NCBI GenBank assembly: GCA_965237675.1
Contig: OZ250150.1
Span: forward strand, 4,768,001 to 4,832,000
Direction of reading: 5' to 3'
From: Candidatus Latescibacterota bacterium
GTDB taxonomy: Bacteria > Latescibacterota > UBA2968 > GCA-2709665
Length of the DNA: 64,000 nucleotides
The stretch's first letter is position 1; the number at the start of each line of letters is the position of its first letter. Positions 10,201 through 17,707 of the stretch are shown here, in pieces. A program made the translations under genes and the position numbers. A model generated the notes under the pieces. That model was not told the DNA's origin, ran no database searches, and was given only the letters and a program-made list of their open reading frames with translations.

Positions 10201-10301
10201 CAGAGTACGGCAAGAACCAGCGCGACGCTGGACAGGGCGAAAATCATGTTCAATTTATCTACATTGTAGACAAAGTCTATGAAGCGCTTCTGTTCATTCA
10301 T
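7248..10301 (-). CDS. Membrane-anchored multiheme (8x CxxCH) cytochrome c of a Rieske/cyt b complex
   Basis: N-terminal TM, long coiled-coil-like segment, then CTTCH x2, CAQCH, CHGCH, CKACH, CFGCH, CQGCH, CFTCH; several distal MP motifs. Confidence 0.92.
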   Translation of the reverse strand: MNEQKRFIDFVYNVDKLNMIFALSSVALVLAVLWMVWDDYDREWKGFQKEAMALEAYKTEAEIRSAQENIDQDALNAIEDELTGIEAAIKGHQQRYDAAEAELKRLTQAEWYGVDQRLKFEKAQYDVVKFEYEAAAKAGHGETAAKKKADMDAMEIRIYELRLAREAVEEKQAAQQKIIDAVAGQRQALESRRRALRRDEENLRRKLTGLVPSFPNVFRNLPMVDFIDPSIKVRQVVLAELRNELNFTRVPRVDRCTTCHLNINRPGYELHPETGWFEDEALRAYMETVYSDEDVRLGRTRAFSTHPRLDLFLSSGSPHPIDESGCTTCHLGRDRGVTFKNTAHTPSDDAEAARWKKLYGWKKMKYWDHPMLPSRYVESTCAQCHTGVVDVPQADNLNRGIHLVRTLGCHGCHKISRHTLQDLRKVGPDLRKAAGKLDREWALKWVRDPKGFRPTTKMPKIFDLSNVSGREDIERNTAAVNAIVTYLFEKSERPVYPPPPVPGDAGRGERLVEMVGCKACHVVGADDRLSQGFGLRNFGPDLNEVGSKVSAGWLFAWLKDPSGYFPDTRMPNLRLTDREAADITAYLLTLRNTAFEARQLGAVDPQVRDDLVLNYLQSRLPVKTAKAQLAQMSSHERDIWLGEKIISRQGCFGCHLIPGFEDTQPIGTELTEEGSKDVDKLDFGLLARETGFHNTDPDAIPHTRHDWFYKKLKQPRVFDKGKVRLFDDKLRMPQFDLSDQDAHAVTTALLSMNRTQVGTNAVKRLAPEEVDIEKGRWLVYERNCQGCHVVENLGGAIRDPLVKAYEAEDVSASDAAGFVPPVLNGEGRKVQPDWFFTFLRNVEPIRPWLEVRMPTFGFEDQQANDLVTYFSRLDKEQFPYATFVDKRLISKEMSGAKKLFSEDIYNCFTCHQQGDIKPKGDPASWAPDLKLARERLKPAWIRDWLWDPQKIQPGTKMPTFFGDEMTYLPVEMAAYLKLPEGVKPEDGLLELPTDVVIRALTDYIVYGLHQDVRLTRR

Positions 10302-10415
10302 CGAACGGCTCCAGAGAGGCGGCATTTGCCAAAAGCACAGGGCGAGCCGCGTCTTTCAATCCCTTCAGAAATTCCACAGCATGCTGCAGCGGCGCCGGAC
10401 AACAAAAAAGAACCC

Positions 10416-11492
10416 TCAGATATTGAAGAAATATTCCGGAATGGCAACGATGTATTTCAGGTTGAACAGCCAGCGAAGCAACATCTTGATGGGGAGGGCG
10501 ACCATGCAGAGGAAGAAGAGGATCATCACGCTATAGCGGGCGAATCCCATGGTCTTGTAGAACTCCTTGAACGCCGTTTGCGCCAGTACGGGCGGCGGCA
10601 CCAGAAAATACAGGATAACGATGAGGAAACCCCATATCTCGCGCGTCAACCAGAAGGATGGTAAACCCGTACCCAGCCATTGGACATAGATATATTCCGA
10701 AAGATTGACGTTGACCAGCGCTTCCAGTTTGTGTACGTCCCAGAATTCGTACGGCCCGAAAAAGTTCCAGTTCGGGCCACGCAAAAACGTACCGATCATG
10801 ATCAACACCACCCACAACACCACAAAACCGAACAGAAACACCGTAATGGCGAACCGGCGTTCCTTGAAGGTATAGTAACCCAAACCCTTCGGATTCCGAT
10901 CGATAAACGGAATGGCCATGAGACCCACAATGACGAGGGTGGGCATAACGACCCCGGCGATCCATGGATCGTAATACACCAGCATTTCCTGAAGGCCCAG
11001 GAAATACCAGGGCGCCTTGGACGGATTGGGGGTTGATGCGGGGTTGGCCGGCTCTTCGATGGGGGCTTTTATCAGCACGGACCAGAGAATCAGAAAGACT
11101 GTTGCCAGGGTCAGGCAAATCAACTCCGTGTAGACCAGATGGGGCCAGGTGAGGACCTTCTCTTTGAATTCGGCTTTCTCAACCGGCCCTTCTCCGCGTT
11201 CGATACGCTCGTCGTTGTCGTACCCCTGTTTCAGGCTGTACCAGACAAAAAAACCGACCAGGAACAACAACATGACAATTGGGATATTGTCGCCCTTGGT
11301 CACGATGATGCGGAAATTCTCATCCTGAAAACTCACAACGAAGAATACGATCGAGGCGATCAGGGCGAGGACGCCGAACCGGACCGTCCAGACCCAGCGG
11401 GTCCGCAAAGCCAGGAAAAAGAGAATGGCAAACAACGGCATGAAATATTCAGGCGTCAGAAGCCAGTTGATGAAGCCCTTCAGAACTTCCAT
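10416..11492 (-). CDS. Cytochrome b/b6 subunit IV-like protein with extra TM helices
   Basis: WPHLV..E and PA.P..TPNPSKAPWYFLGLQE (PEWY-equivalent), IPFIDR. Confidence 0.88.
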   Translation of the reverse strand: MEVLKGFINWLLTPEYFMPLFAILFFLALRTRWVWTVRFGVLALIASIVFFVVSFQDENFRIIVTKGDNIPIVMLLFLVGFFVWYSLKQGYDNDERIERGEGPVEKAEFKEKVLTWPHLVYTELICLTLATVFLILWSVLIKAPIEEPANPASTPNPSKAPWYFLGLQEMLVYYDPWIAGVVMPTLVIVGLMAIPFIDRNPKGLGYYTFKERRFAITVFLFGFVVLWVVLIMIGTFLRGPNWNFFGPYEFWDVHKLEALVNVNLSEYIYVQWLGTGLPSFWLTREIWGFLIVILYFLVPPPVLAQTAFKEFYKTMGFARYSVMILFFLCMVALPIKMLLRWLFNLKYIVAIPEYFFNI

Positions 11493-11537
11493 CGTCTTCC
11501 TCGATGATTCCGCAGATCGGACAAGCGGAGGCCGCTT

Positions 11538-12323
11538 CTACATCGGTCCGGAGATCCCGCCGTCCTTTCGGACCCGCCAGAAGTGAACGGACATTAATAC
11601 AGCCGCCACAAACGGGATGAACAGACAATGCAGTACATAAAACCTCAGCAGCGCGCCCTCCCCGACAAAACGGCCACCCAACAGCGCAAATCGGGCGTCG
11701 TCGCCGGCGTGGACCAGGTTGATGTCGCCGAGCATCAGGAACGCCGCTCCCGGCCCCTCGTGCCCGAGGAAAGGCGTTGCCCGCGCCATATTCGATCCGA
11801 CCGTAATAGCCCAGATGGCAAGCTGATCCCAGGGTAACAGATACCCGGTAAAGCTCAGCAATAGCGTCAATAGAAGCAGAATGACACCAATCGCCCAGTT
11901 GAACTCGCGCGGCGGTTTATAGGAACCGGTCATAAACACGCGCAACATGTGCAGCCAGACCGTAATAATCATCGCGTGGGCGCCCCACCGGTGAATCTCC
12001 CGCATGATGCCCAGCGGCACCTGCTCACCCAGGTCGATAATGTCGGTGTAGGCGTATTCGAGTGTGGGCCGGTAGTAAAACATGAGCAGAATGCCGGTGA
12101 TGGTCTCAACCAGAAAAATAAAAAAGGTGAGCCCACCCATACACCACGTGTAGCGCACCCGGATACCCGATTTGGGGGTTCGCACGGGATGCAGATGCAG
12201 GAATACATTGGTCAGTACCACCTGCGCCCGACCGCGTTCGTCACTCGGCACGTCGTGTCTGAAGATCGACTTCCAGATCTGAGAGCGCTTGGTCTTGTCA
12301 AGCAGGCCCGAAATCTTCGGCAT
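11538..12323 (-). CDS. Cytochrome b6-type N-terminal subunit
   Basis: [62 protein letters not shown]. Confidence 0.95.
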   Translation of the reverse strand: MPKISGLLDKTKRSQIWKSIFRHDVPSDERGRAQVVLTNVFLHLHPVRTPKSGIRVRYTWCMGGLTFFIFLVETITGILLMFYYRPTLEYAYTDIIDLGEQVPLGIMREIHRWGAHAMIITVWLHMLRVFMTGSYKPPREFNWAIGVILLLLTLLLSFTGYLLPWDQLAIWAITVGSNMARATPFLGHEGPGAAFLMLGDINLVHAGDDARFALLGGRFVGEGALLRFYVLHCLFIPFVAAVLMSVHFWRVRKDGGISGPM

Positions 12324-12410
12324 ACCGTGTTCTCCCGATGGGTTCGCAATGCTTGAACTGACAAGAAGAATCGCGCAAACGGCAACACTGCCGCCTGCTT
12401 GCTGGCGTGT

Positions 12411-13361
12411 TTAGATCCGCAAAAAGGATTCCGGGTTGTCCCAGTGACCCTTCTCGTACAGAAACTTTCGGGTCTTGTCGACCAGCACCTGACCGTCCTC
12501 GGCCAGCACGATGCGGGCCCGTTCCAGCGGTCGCGGCGCCGGGCCCTCGAAGTTGATGCCGGTCATATAAAAGCCGCTGCCGTGGCAGGGACACTTGAAC
12601 TTCTGTTCATTGCCCAGCCAGTTCGGCGTGCAACCCAGATGGGTACATACCGAAATGAGCGCGAACATATCCTGCGTGGTCTTGATGACCCAGACGCTGA
12701 ATTTATCCTTCCAGCGTTCGTCCACGCCCAGATCGTAATCTTCCGGAAACCCGATTTTGAAAGTCTGCGGCGGCTCGAACAGGACATTCGGAAACAGAAA
12801 ACGCGCGAACCCCAGGAGCCCCGCCGCGGACGCGGCCGCGAACGCCGCCCAAGCCAGGGTCAGCCAGGTAAAAAACCCCCGCCGGGTGGTCATGCCGCCT
12901 TCAGCCACCGACTGCGTTCTCTCCGGCCCAGGGCGGATTGCGGGCGGGGCCGGCGAGGTCTGGACGATCACGCGCTCCGCTTCCGGCGCATCCTTTTTTT
13001 GCGTTAACGCGCGAGCGGCAGCGGCCCTGTCTGCGGTGGAAGCGGCCTTCTTCGCCGGCGCACCTGCCGGGGCCGCTCCGCCGCCCCCGCGGGCCTTGCG
13101 CATCAGTTCGGCCTTGGCTTTTGCACGGGCAACGCGATCCTGGATCTCGTTCAGCGACGAAAGATCCACTTCGGCGCCGCCGGAATCGCCCCCCGGTTCC
13201 TCCGGGGCCTTCGCGGAAGCTCCCTCCGCCGGTGTTGCCGGGGAGGCTTCGCCTCCGGCGGCCGCTCTGGCCTTGCGCATCGCCTCCGCTTTGGCCCTGG
13301 CCCTGGCCACTCGATCCGGAATTTCGTCGAATTCCGAAAGATCGATATTATCTTCCGACAT
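12411..13361 (-). CDS. Rieske [2Fe-2S] subunit with long N-terminal repeat extension
   Basis: Tat-like TTRRGFF plus TM anchor, CTHLGC and CPCHGS boxes, GPAPRPL. Confidence 0.95.
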   Translation of the reverse strand: MSEDNIDLSEFDEIPDRVARARAKAEAMRKARAAAGGEASPATPAEGASAKAPEEPGGDSGGAEVDLSSLNEIQDRVARAKAKAELMRKARGGGGAAPAGAPAKKAASTADRAAAARALTQKKDAPEAERVIVQTSPAPPAIRPGPERTQSVAEGGMTTRRGFFTWLTLAWAAFAAASAAGLLGFARFLFPNVLFEPPQTFKIGFPEDYDLGVDERWKDKFSVWVIKTTQDMFALISVCTHLGCTPNWLGNEQKFKCPCHGSGFYMTGINFEGPAPRPLERARIVLAEDGQVLVDKTRKFLYEKGHWDNPESFLRI

Positions 13362-13484
13362 GGAACACCCCAGAAACCACTTGAGCGGATTTCGAGCCGA
13401 AACTCGTTAGAACGAAATAATATATGATATAAGCTAAAGAAATACCGCAAATTGAATCACTTACAGCCCCCGAGATACCGGGCC

Positions 13485-13513
13485 AATATATCGAAACCGC
13501 CCCGGATTGTCAA
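13485..13513 (-). promoter_or_regulatory. Sigma-70-type promoter for the respiratory operon
   Basis: TTGACA-17 bp-TATATT on minus strand upstream of the Rieske gene. Confidence 0.65.
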
Positions 13514-13619
13514 GCGGGATTTTCCGTAGATTCGCACCTTGCGGGGAGAGCGAACGAGGGTTCCGATGCGCGCCCGAACGGGCCGGATCCCTCGCTGCAA
13601 TTCCGTCGATTCAAGTCGC

Positions 13620-14528
13620 TCATTTCTCCCCCCATCCGTTCAGAACTTCAATGGCCGCCTGCCGGACCCGCAGGTCCGGATCCTGTTGGCGCAGTTCCTG
13701 CATCGCGGGAGCCAGGGACCTGGCATCGAGAATGCCCACGGCCCTGATCGCTTCCACCAGAATATTGCGCCGGCCCTCACCGCTTATCCGGTCGAATTTG
13801 CCCAGGTACCCCGGGCTGAGCATCTCGCCCAGAACCTCGAGGCCCGCGTTATTGCCGGCCGCCGCCAACTGCAGGGCGGCGTTCCAGCGAACGTCGGGCT
13901 CCCGGTCGTACAGGGCCAGTTCGAGTGCGGGCTGCACGCGCGGGTCTTCAAGAGTTCCCAGGGCGTATACCGCGGCCTTACGCAGGCCGGCATCGTCGTT
14001 GGACGCGATCCTTACAAGATGCGGCACGGCGCTCGGATCCCCCTGCGCCCTGAGCGAGAACATCGCGTTGATCCGGGTCTCGTCGTCGGGATCATCCAAC
14101 GCGGAAATCAATACGCTGACCAGCGTGGGATCCTGCACCCTTCCCATTGCCGCGGCCAGAAAACGCCGCACGCGGGGGTCGTCCGAACGGGAATCCTCGA
14201 ACACCCGGATCATTTCTCCGACAAACTTCCGGCCGATCCGTCCCTCGCGCTGCTCCTCGTCGAGTACCGTGGCCAGTTCGTACGCCGCCTGCCACCGGCT
14301 GTTAATGCCGCCGACGCGAATGGCGTTGAGATAGTCCTCCGCCGTTTTTCGCTCTGCGGTCAATAGCCCCAGTCCCAGGTATATCGCAAGCCCTACGAGG
14401 ATAATGGCCACCGGGAAGATGACGAACTGTGAGACCAGCCTCGCCCTGGAGACGTCCACGTCCGAAACCGGAGCGGCGGCATCCTCGGCGATTTTTCTGA
14501 GTTCCTCTTCGGGAGTCGGATGGTCCAT
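13620..14528 (-). CDS. HEAT-repeat (PBS lyase-like) protein with N-terminal TM helix
   Basis: Repeated L.D.D..VR..AA.ALG units; one hydrophobic segment near the N-terminus. Confidence 0.85.
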   Translation of the reverse strand: MDHPTPEEELRKIAEDAAAPVSDVDVSRARLVSQFVIFPVAIILVGLAIYLGLGLLTAERKTAEDYLNAIRVGGINSRWQAAYELATVLDEEQREGRIGRKFVGEMIRVFEDSRSDDPRVRRFLAAAMGRVQDPTLVSVLISALDDPDDETRINAMFSLRAQGDPSAVPHLVRIASNDDAGLRKAAVYALGTLEDPRVQPALELALYDREPDVRWNAALQLAAAGNNAGLEVLGEMLSPGYLGKFDRISGEGRRNILVEAIRAVGILDARSLAPAMQELRQQDPDLRVRQAAIEVLNGWGEK

Positions 14529-14596
14529 TCGGCAACCTCTGTCTTGAACACCGGTAATCGTGAACCTTCAAGTCGACGGGCGAAAACACGCGGACC

Positions 14597-14700
14597 AATA
14601 TAAACAGAGGCGGTATACGCTGTCAAGATTTTGGTCCGCGACAAAGTTTGCACGAACCCGCCCCTTCATCCTTGACAACCCATGAGAAAGACCTTATTTT
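14597..14700. promoter_or_regulatory. Divergent sigma-70-type promoters (HEAT gene / ferredoxin gene)
   Basis: Minus: TTGACA(14621-26)-18-TATATT; plus: TTGACA(14672-77)-17-TATTTT. Confidence 0.5.
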
Positions 14701-14758
14701 ATTCTCGGATTGCACTTTCCCCATCCACTGATTGCGATCGACAGGAGATCTCTTTCCC

Positions 14759-15493
14759 GTGAACGTCGACCTTTCTCAGTTTGACGGCATCTCCGACCGG
14801 GTGGCGCGGGCCAAGGCCAAGGCCGAGGCCATGCGGAAAGCCAAGCAGGGCGGCGGCGACGCTGCGGTGGCCATGGCGGAATCAGCCGCTCCGGAACCCG
14901 ACGCCGCACACGTTTCCGCAGACACCGAAAAGGAGACCTCGGGCCTCACCATTCTCGAATTCCGGCCTGGCATGCATTTCAAACTGGACGGGCGGGCGGG
15001 ACGGACCGTGAGCATCCGTTACGACTTGGTCAGTTTCGTCTACGACGACGACCCCGACCAGCTTGTTACCGCCGACCGATTTCGCCTCAGTCACGCCCAC
15101 GCCGAAGGCGCACTGGAATTCGCTCCAAAATCCGAGGTCTACCGTCCCGAGCGGGTCGCGAAAAAAGAACGCGTCGACTTCCATGAACACCTCTGGTTGG
15201 AAACCCGCTCCGGCATGGTTGCCAAGAAGAAACGGCCCCGGCATATTGCCATTATCAACCCGGACTACTGCACCGGCTGCAACGCCTGCATCGAAGTCTG
15301 TCCAACAGATTGTATCGAAGAAGTGGACGTCGCGGATGCGGGGCTGGACGGCATCGGCACTTTTTGTGAAGTTCGGCTTGAAGACTGCATCGGATGCATC
15401 CAATGTGTGCATATCTGTCCGTGGGAAGCCATCGAAATGGTGGACACCCAGCGGGTTGAAGAGGCATACGGCATTCCCGTGGGGTCATTATAG
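14759..15493 (+). CDS. 2x[4Fe-4S] ferredoxin-domain protein with N-terminal extension
   Basis: GTG start after AGGAG; CTGCNACIEVCP and CIGCIQCVHICP motifs. Confidence 0.9.
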   Translation: MNVDLSQFDGISDRVARAKAKAEAMRKAKQGGGDAAVAMAESAAPEPDAAHVSADTEKETSGLTILEFRPGMHFKLDGRAGRTVSIRYDLVSFVYDDDPDQLVTADRFRLSHAHAEGALEFAPKSEVYRPERVAKKERVDFHEHLWLETRSGMVAKKKRPRHIAIINPDYCTGCNACIEVCPTDCIEEVDVADAGLDGIGTFCEVRLEDCIGCIQCVHICPWEAIEMVDTQRVEEAYGIPVGSL

Positions 15494-15520
15494 GTCGTTA
15501 TCGACCTGAGAATCACGTGA

Positions 15521-15560
15521 AAGGAGCCTCAACCAGTCGGGTTGGGGCTCCTTGTTTTGT
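15521..15560 (+). terminator. Rho-independent terminator
   Basis: AAGGAGCCTCAACC / GGTTGGGGCTCCTT stem followed by GTTTTGT. Confidence 0.75.
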
Positions 15561-15748
15561 GCCCGATTCCGACCCTGAGGGGTCGCGTGTGATGTCGGCG
15601 GCGCGTGATGCCCCGCATTGCCCGACCGGGTTGTTGCGCTTGCGTCAATGGGCATCGCTGGCGGCCGCCATTCCACATATCGCAAGATATCCCGGAATCA
15701 ATCCGTATCATCGCACGGCCCCGATCGAACGGTGTGCGCGGAACCCCG

Positions 15749-16717
15749 TCAGCAACTGTTGGCCGACAACACGTGGAAGACCTCGCGCATGTCCCGCGGC
15801 ACGTCCGCGTGGAATTCCAGCGTTTCGCCCGTTACCGGGTGGTCGAAACCGAGGGTCCCGGCATGCAACATCTGCCGACGCGCCAGATTCAGGACCGTCC
15901 CGGCAGCGTTCCGCAGTAGTGGTGAAATCCCCCGAATTCGTTTCGCGCCGCCGCCGTACGTGGTATCTCCAAAGACCGGATGTCCGATATGGGCGAGATG
16001 TACGCGAATCTGATGCGTCCGACCCGTCTCCAGCTTCAGACCGAGCGTTGACGCAAATCCATGGAACGACGTCACCTCGTACGTGGTGGCGGCGATGCGT
16101 CCACCGGCCTCCACCACGGCCATGCGCTTGCGGTCTTTCGCACATCTGCCGATGGCTGTCTCAATGCGGCCGCGTTCCTTCTCAAGTTTCCCCCATACCA
16201 GGGCGATATATCGCCGGGTCACCGTGTGCGCCTCCAACTGTGCCGCCAGCCCCCAGTGCGTCACATCGTCTTTGGCCACCATGAGCAGACCGGAAGTTTC
16301 CCTGTCCAGCCGGTGTACAATGCCGGGACGCAGAACGCCGTTGATGCCCGAGAGACGGTCGCAATGCCCCAGGAGGCCGTTCACCAGGGTACCGGATCGC
16401 ATCCGGCCCGCGGGATGTACAACCATTCCGGGCGGCTTGTTTAACACGAGCAGATGCACGTCTTCAAAAAGAATATCCAGAGGAATTTCCTCTGGATCAA
16501 GGTCGGCGGGCACGGGCGGAGGCAGAAAAACCACAATCCGTTCGCCGGTCGTAACCCTGTAATTGGATCGAACCCGTTTTCCCGTTACAAGCACTTCACC
16601 CGAAGCGATCAACGCCTGAATGCGGGACCGGGAGAGGGGCTCGCAGACGGCTGCCAGCATCCGGTCCAGTCGGCTGCCCGCCAGTTCCGGAGGGACGGTA
16701 ACGTCAAACTGCCTCAT
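15749..16717 (-). CDS. RluA/RluD-family pseudouridine synthase
   Basis: S4 domain, NKPPGMVVHP, GIVHRLDRETSG, LETGRTHQIRVH. Confidence 0.95.
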   Translation of the reverse strand: MRQFDVTVPPELAGSRLDRMLAAVCEPLSRSRIQALIASGEVLVTGKRVRSNYRVTTGERIVVFLPPPVPADLDPEEIPLDILFEDVHLLVLNKPPGMVVHPAGRMRSGTLVNGLLGHCDRLSGINGVLRPGIVHRLDRETSGLLMVAKDDVTHWGLAAQLEAHTVTRRYIALVWGKLEKERGRIETAIGRCAKDRKRMAVVEAGGRIAATTYEVTSFHGFASTLGLKLETGRTHQIRVHLAHIGHPVFGDTTYGGGAKRIRGISPLLRNAAGTVLNLARRQMLHAGTLGFDHPVTGETLEFHADVPRDMREVFHVLSANSC

Positions 16718-17168
16718 CCTTTCCGCCCTTCAGTAGACCGCAGCCCAGTATCAACAGGCCGGCCCCTACCGTAACGGAGGCGTCGGCGACGTTGAACACC
16801 CACCAGCGAAGGGATCCGAAGCCGAAATCCAGGAAATCAACCACGGCACCGAAACGGATCCGGTCTACGACGTTGCCGACGGCTCCCCCCAGCACAAGCG
16901 CCAGGCCGGCCGAAGCCAGCCGTTCCGCGGCCGGCAACCGGAACCACATCACAGCCACGATCATCAGTGCGATCCCGGTGAAGATCAGATGGGCTACGTT
17001 TCCCCCCAACCTCAAACCGAAAACGGCGCCGGGGTTCCGGATATAGGTCAACTTGAAAAAAGATCCGAGGACGGGAATCGACTCTCCCAGATACATCGTA
17101 TCCATCACCAGGTGTTTTGTCACCTGGTCCAAAACAAGGACAGCACCCGAAATCCAGAGGATGCGCAT
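16704..17168 (-). CDS. lspA: Lipoprotein signal peptidase II
   Basis: LDQVTK, NPGAVFG, GGAVGNVVDR, VVDFLD, FNVAD. Confidence 0.95.
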   Translation of the reverse strand: MRILWISGAVLVLDQVTKHLVMDTMYLGESIPVLGSFFKLTYIRNPGAVFGLRLGGNVAHLIFTGIALMIVAVMWFRLPAAERLASAGLALVLGGAVGNVVDRIRFGAVVDFLDFGFGSLRWWVFNVADASVTVGAGLLILGCGLLKGGKDEAV

Positions 17169-17226
17169 AACGCCTCCCGTGCGATGGAACGAAAGCGCCC
17201 GGCCACGTGCAACGGGGCCCGTACGA

Positions 17227-17610
17227 TTATGCGGATCGGAAGTTCTGCCGATGTTCCCCTTCCTTGCAGGGAACACACAGCCGTGTTGTCGGCACGGCCT
17301 CCAGGCGCGCTTTCGGGATCTCTTTCTCACACACCCTGCATTCCCCGAACGTCCCGTCCTTTATGCGTTCCAGCGCGTGTTCGACCTGCGTAAGATAGGC
17401 GCCGTCCCGGGAAGCGAACAGGAATGCCTTTTCCCGCTCGATGGAATCGCTACCCAGTTCCGGCATATGGTCCGAGTAAATCTGTCCGCCCGAAGCCTCT
17501 TCGGATGTTGCGTGCATTGAACGTTGCTCCAACATTCCCAGGTCCTGAACAATGGACAGCCGCTTTTCTTCCAGAATCCCCCGGAAGTATTCAAGATCTT
17601 TCTCGGTCAT
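17227..17610 (-). CDS. TraR/DksA C4-type zinc finger protein
   Basis: ALERI..GTFGECRVC...IPKARLEAVP...LCVPC. Confidence 0.9.
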   Translation of the reverse strand: MTEKDLEYFRGILEEKRLSIVQDLGMLEQRSMHATSEEASGGQIYSDHMPELGSDSIEREKAFLFASRDGAYLTQVEHALERIKDGTFGECRVCEKEIPKARLEAVPTTRLCVPCKEGEHRQNFRSA

Positions 17611-17707
17611 CGTCTTCTCCGCCTGACATTGCCAATAGTGCGCGCCAGCCAAATGGTGTTGTCATCGAGCGCCCGCGATGCCCGGACCGTATTCGGGCCC
17701 GGGAAAT

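Noticed and set aside
15560-15745. Possible ncRNA or gene remnant between convergent genes
   Set aside because: No recognisable motif or convincing structure beyond the terminator.
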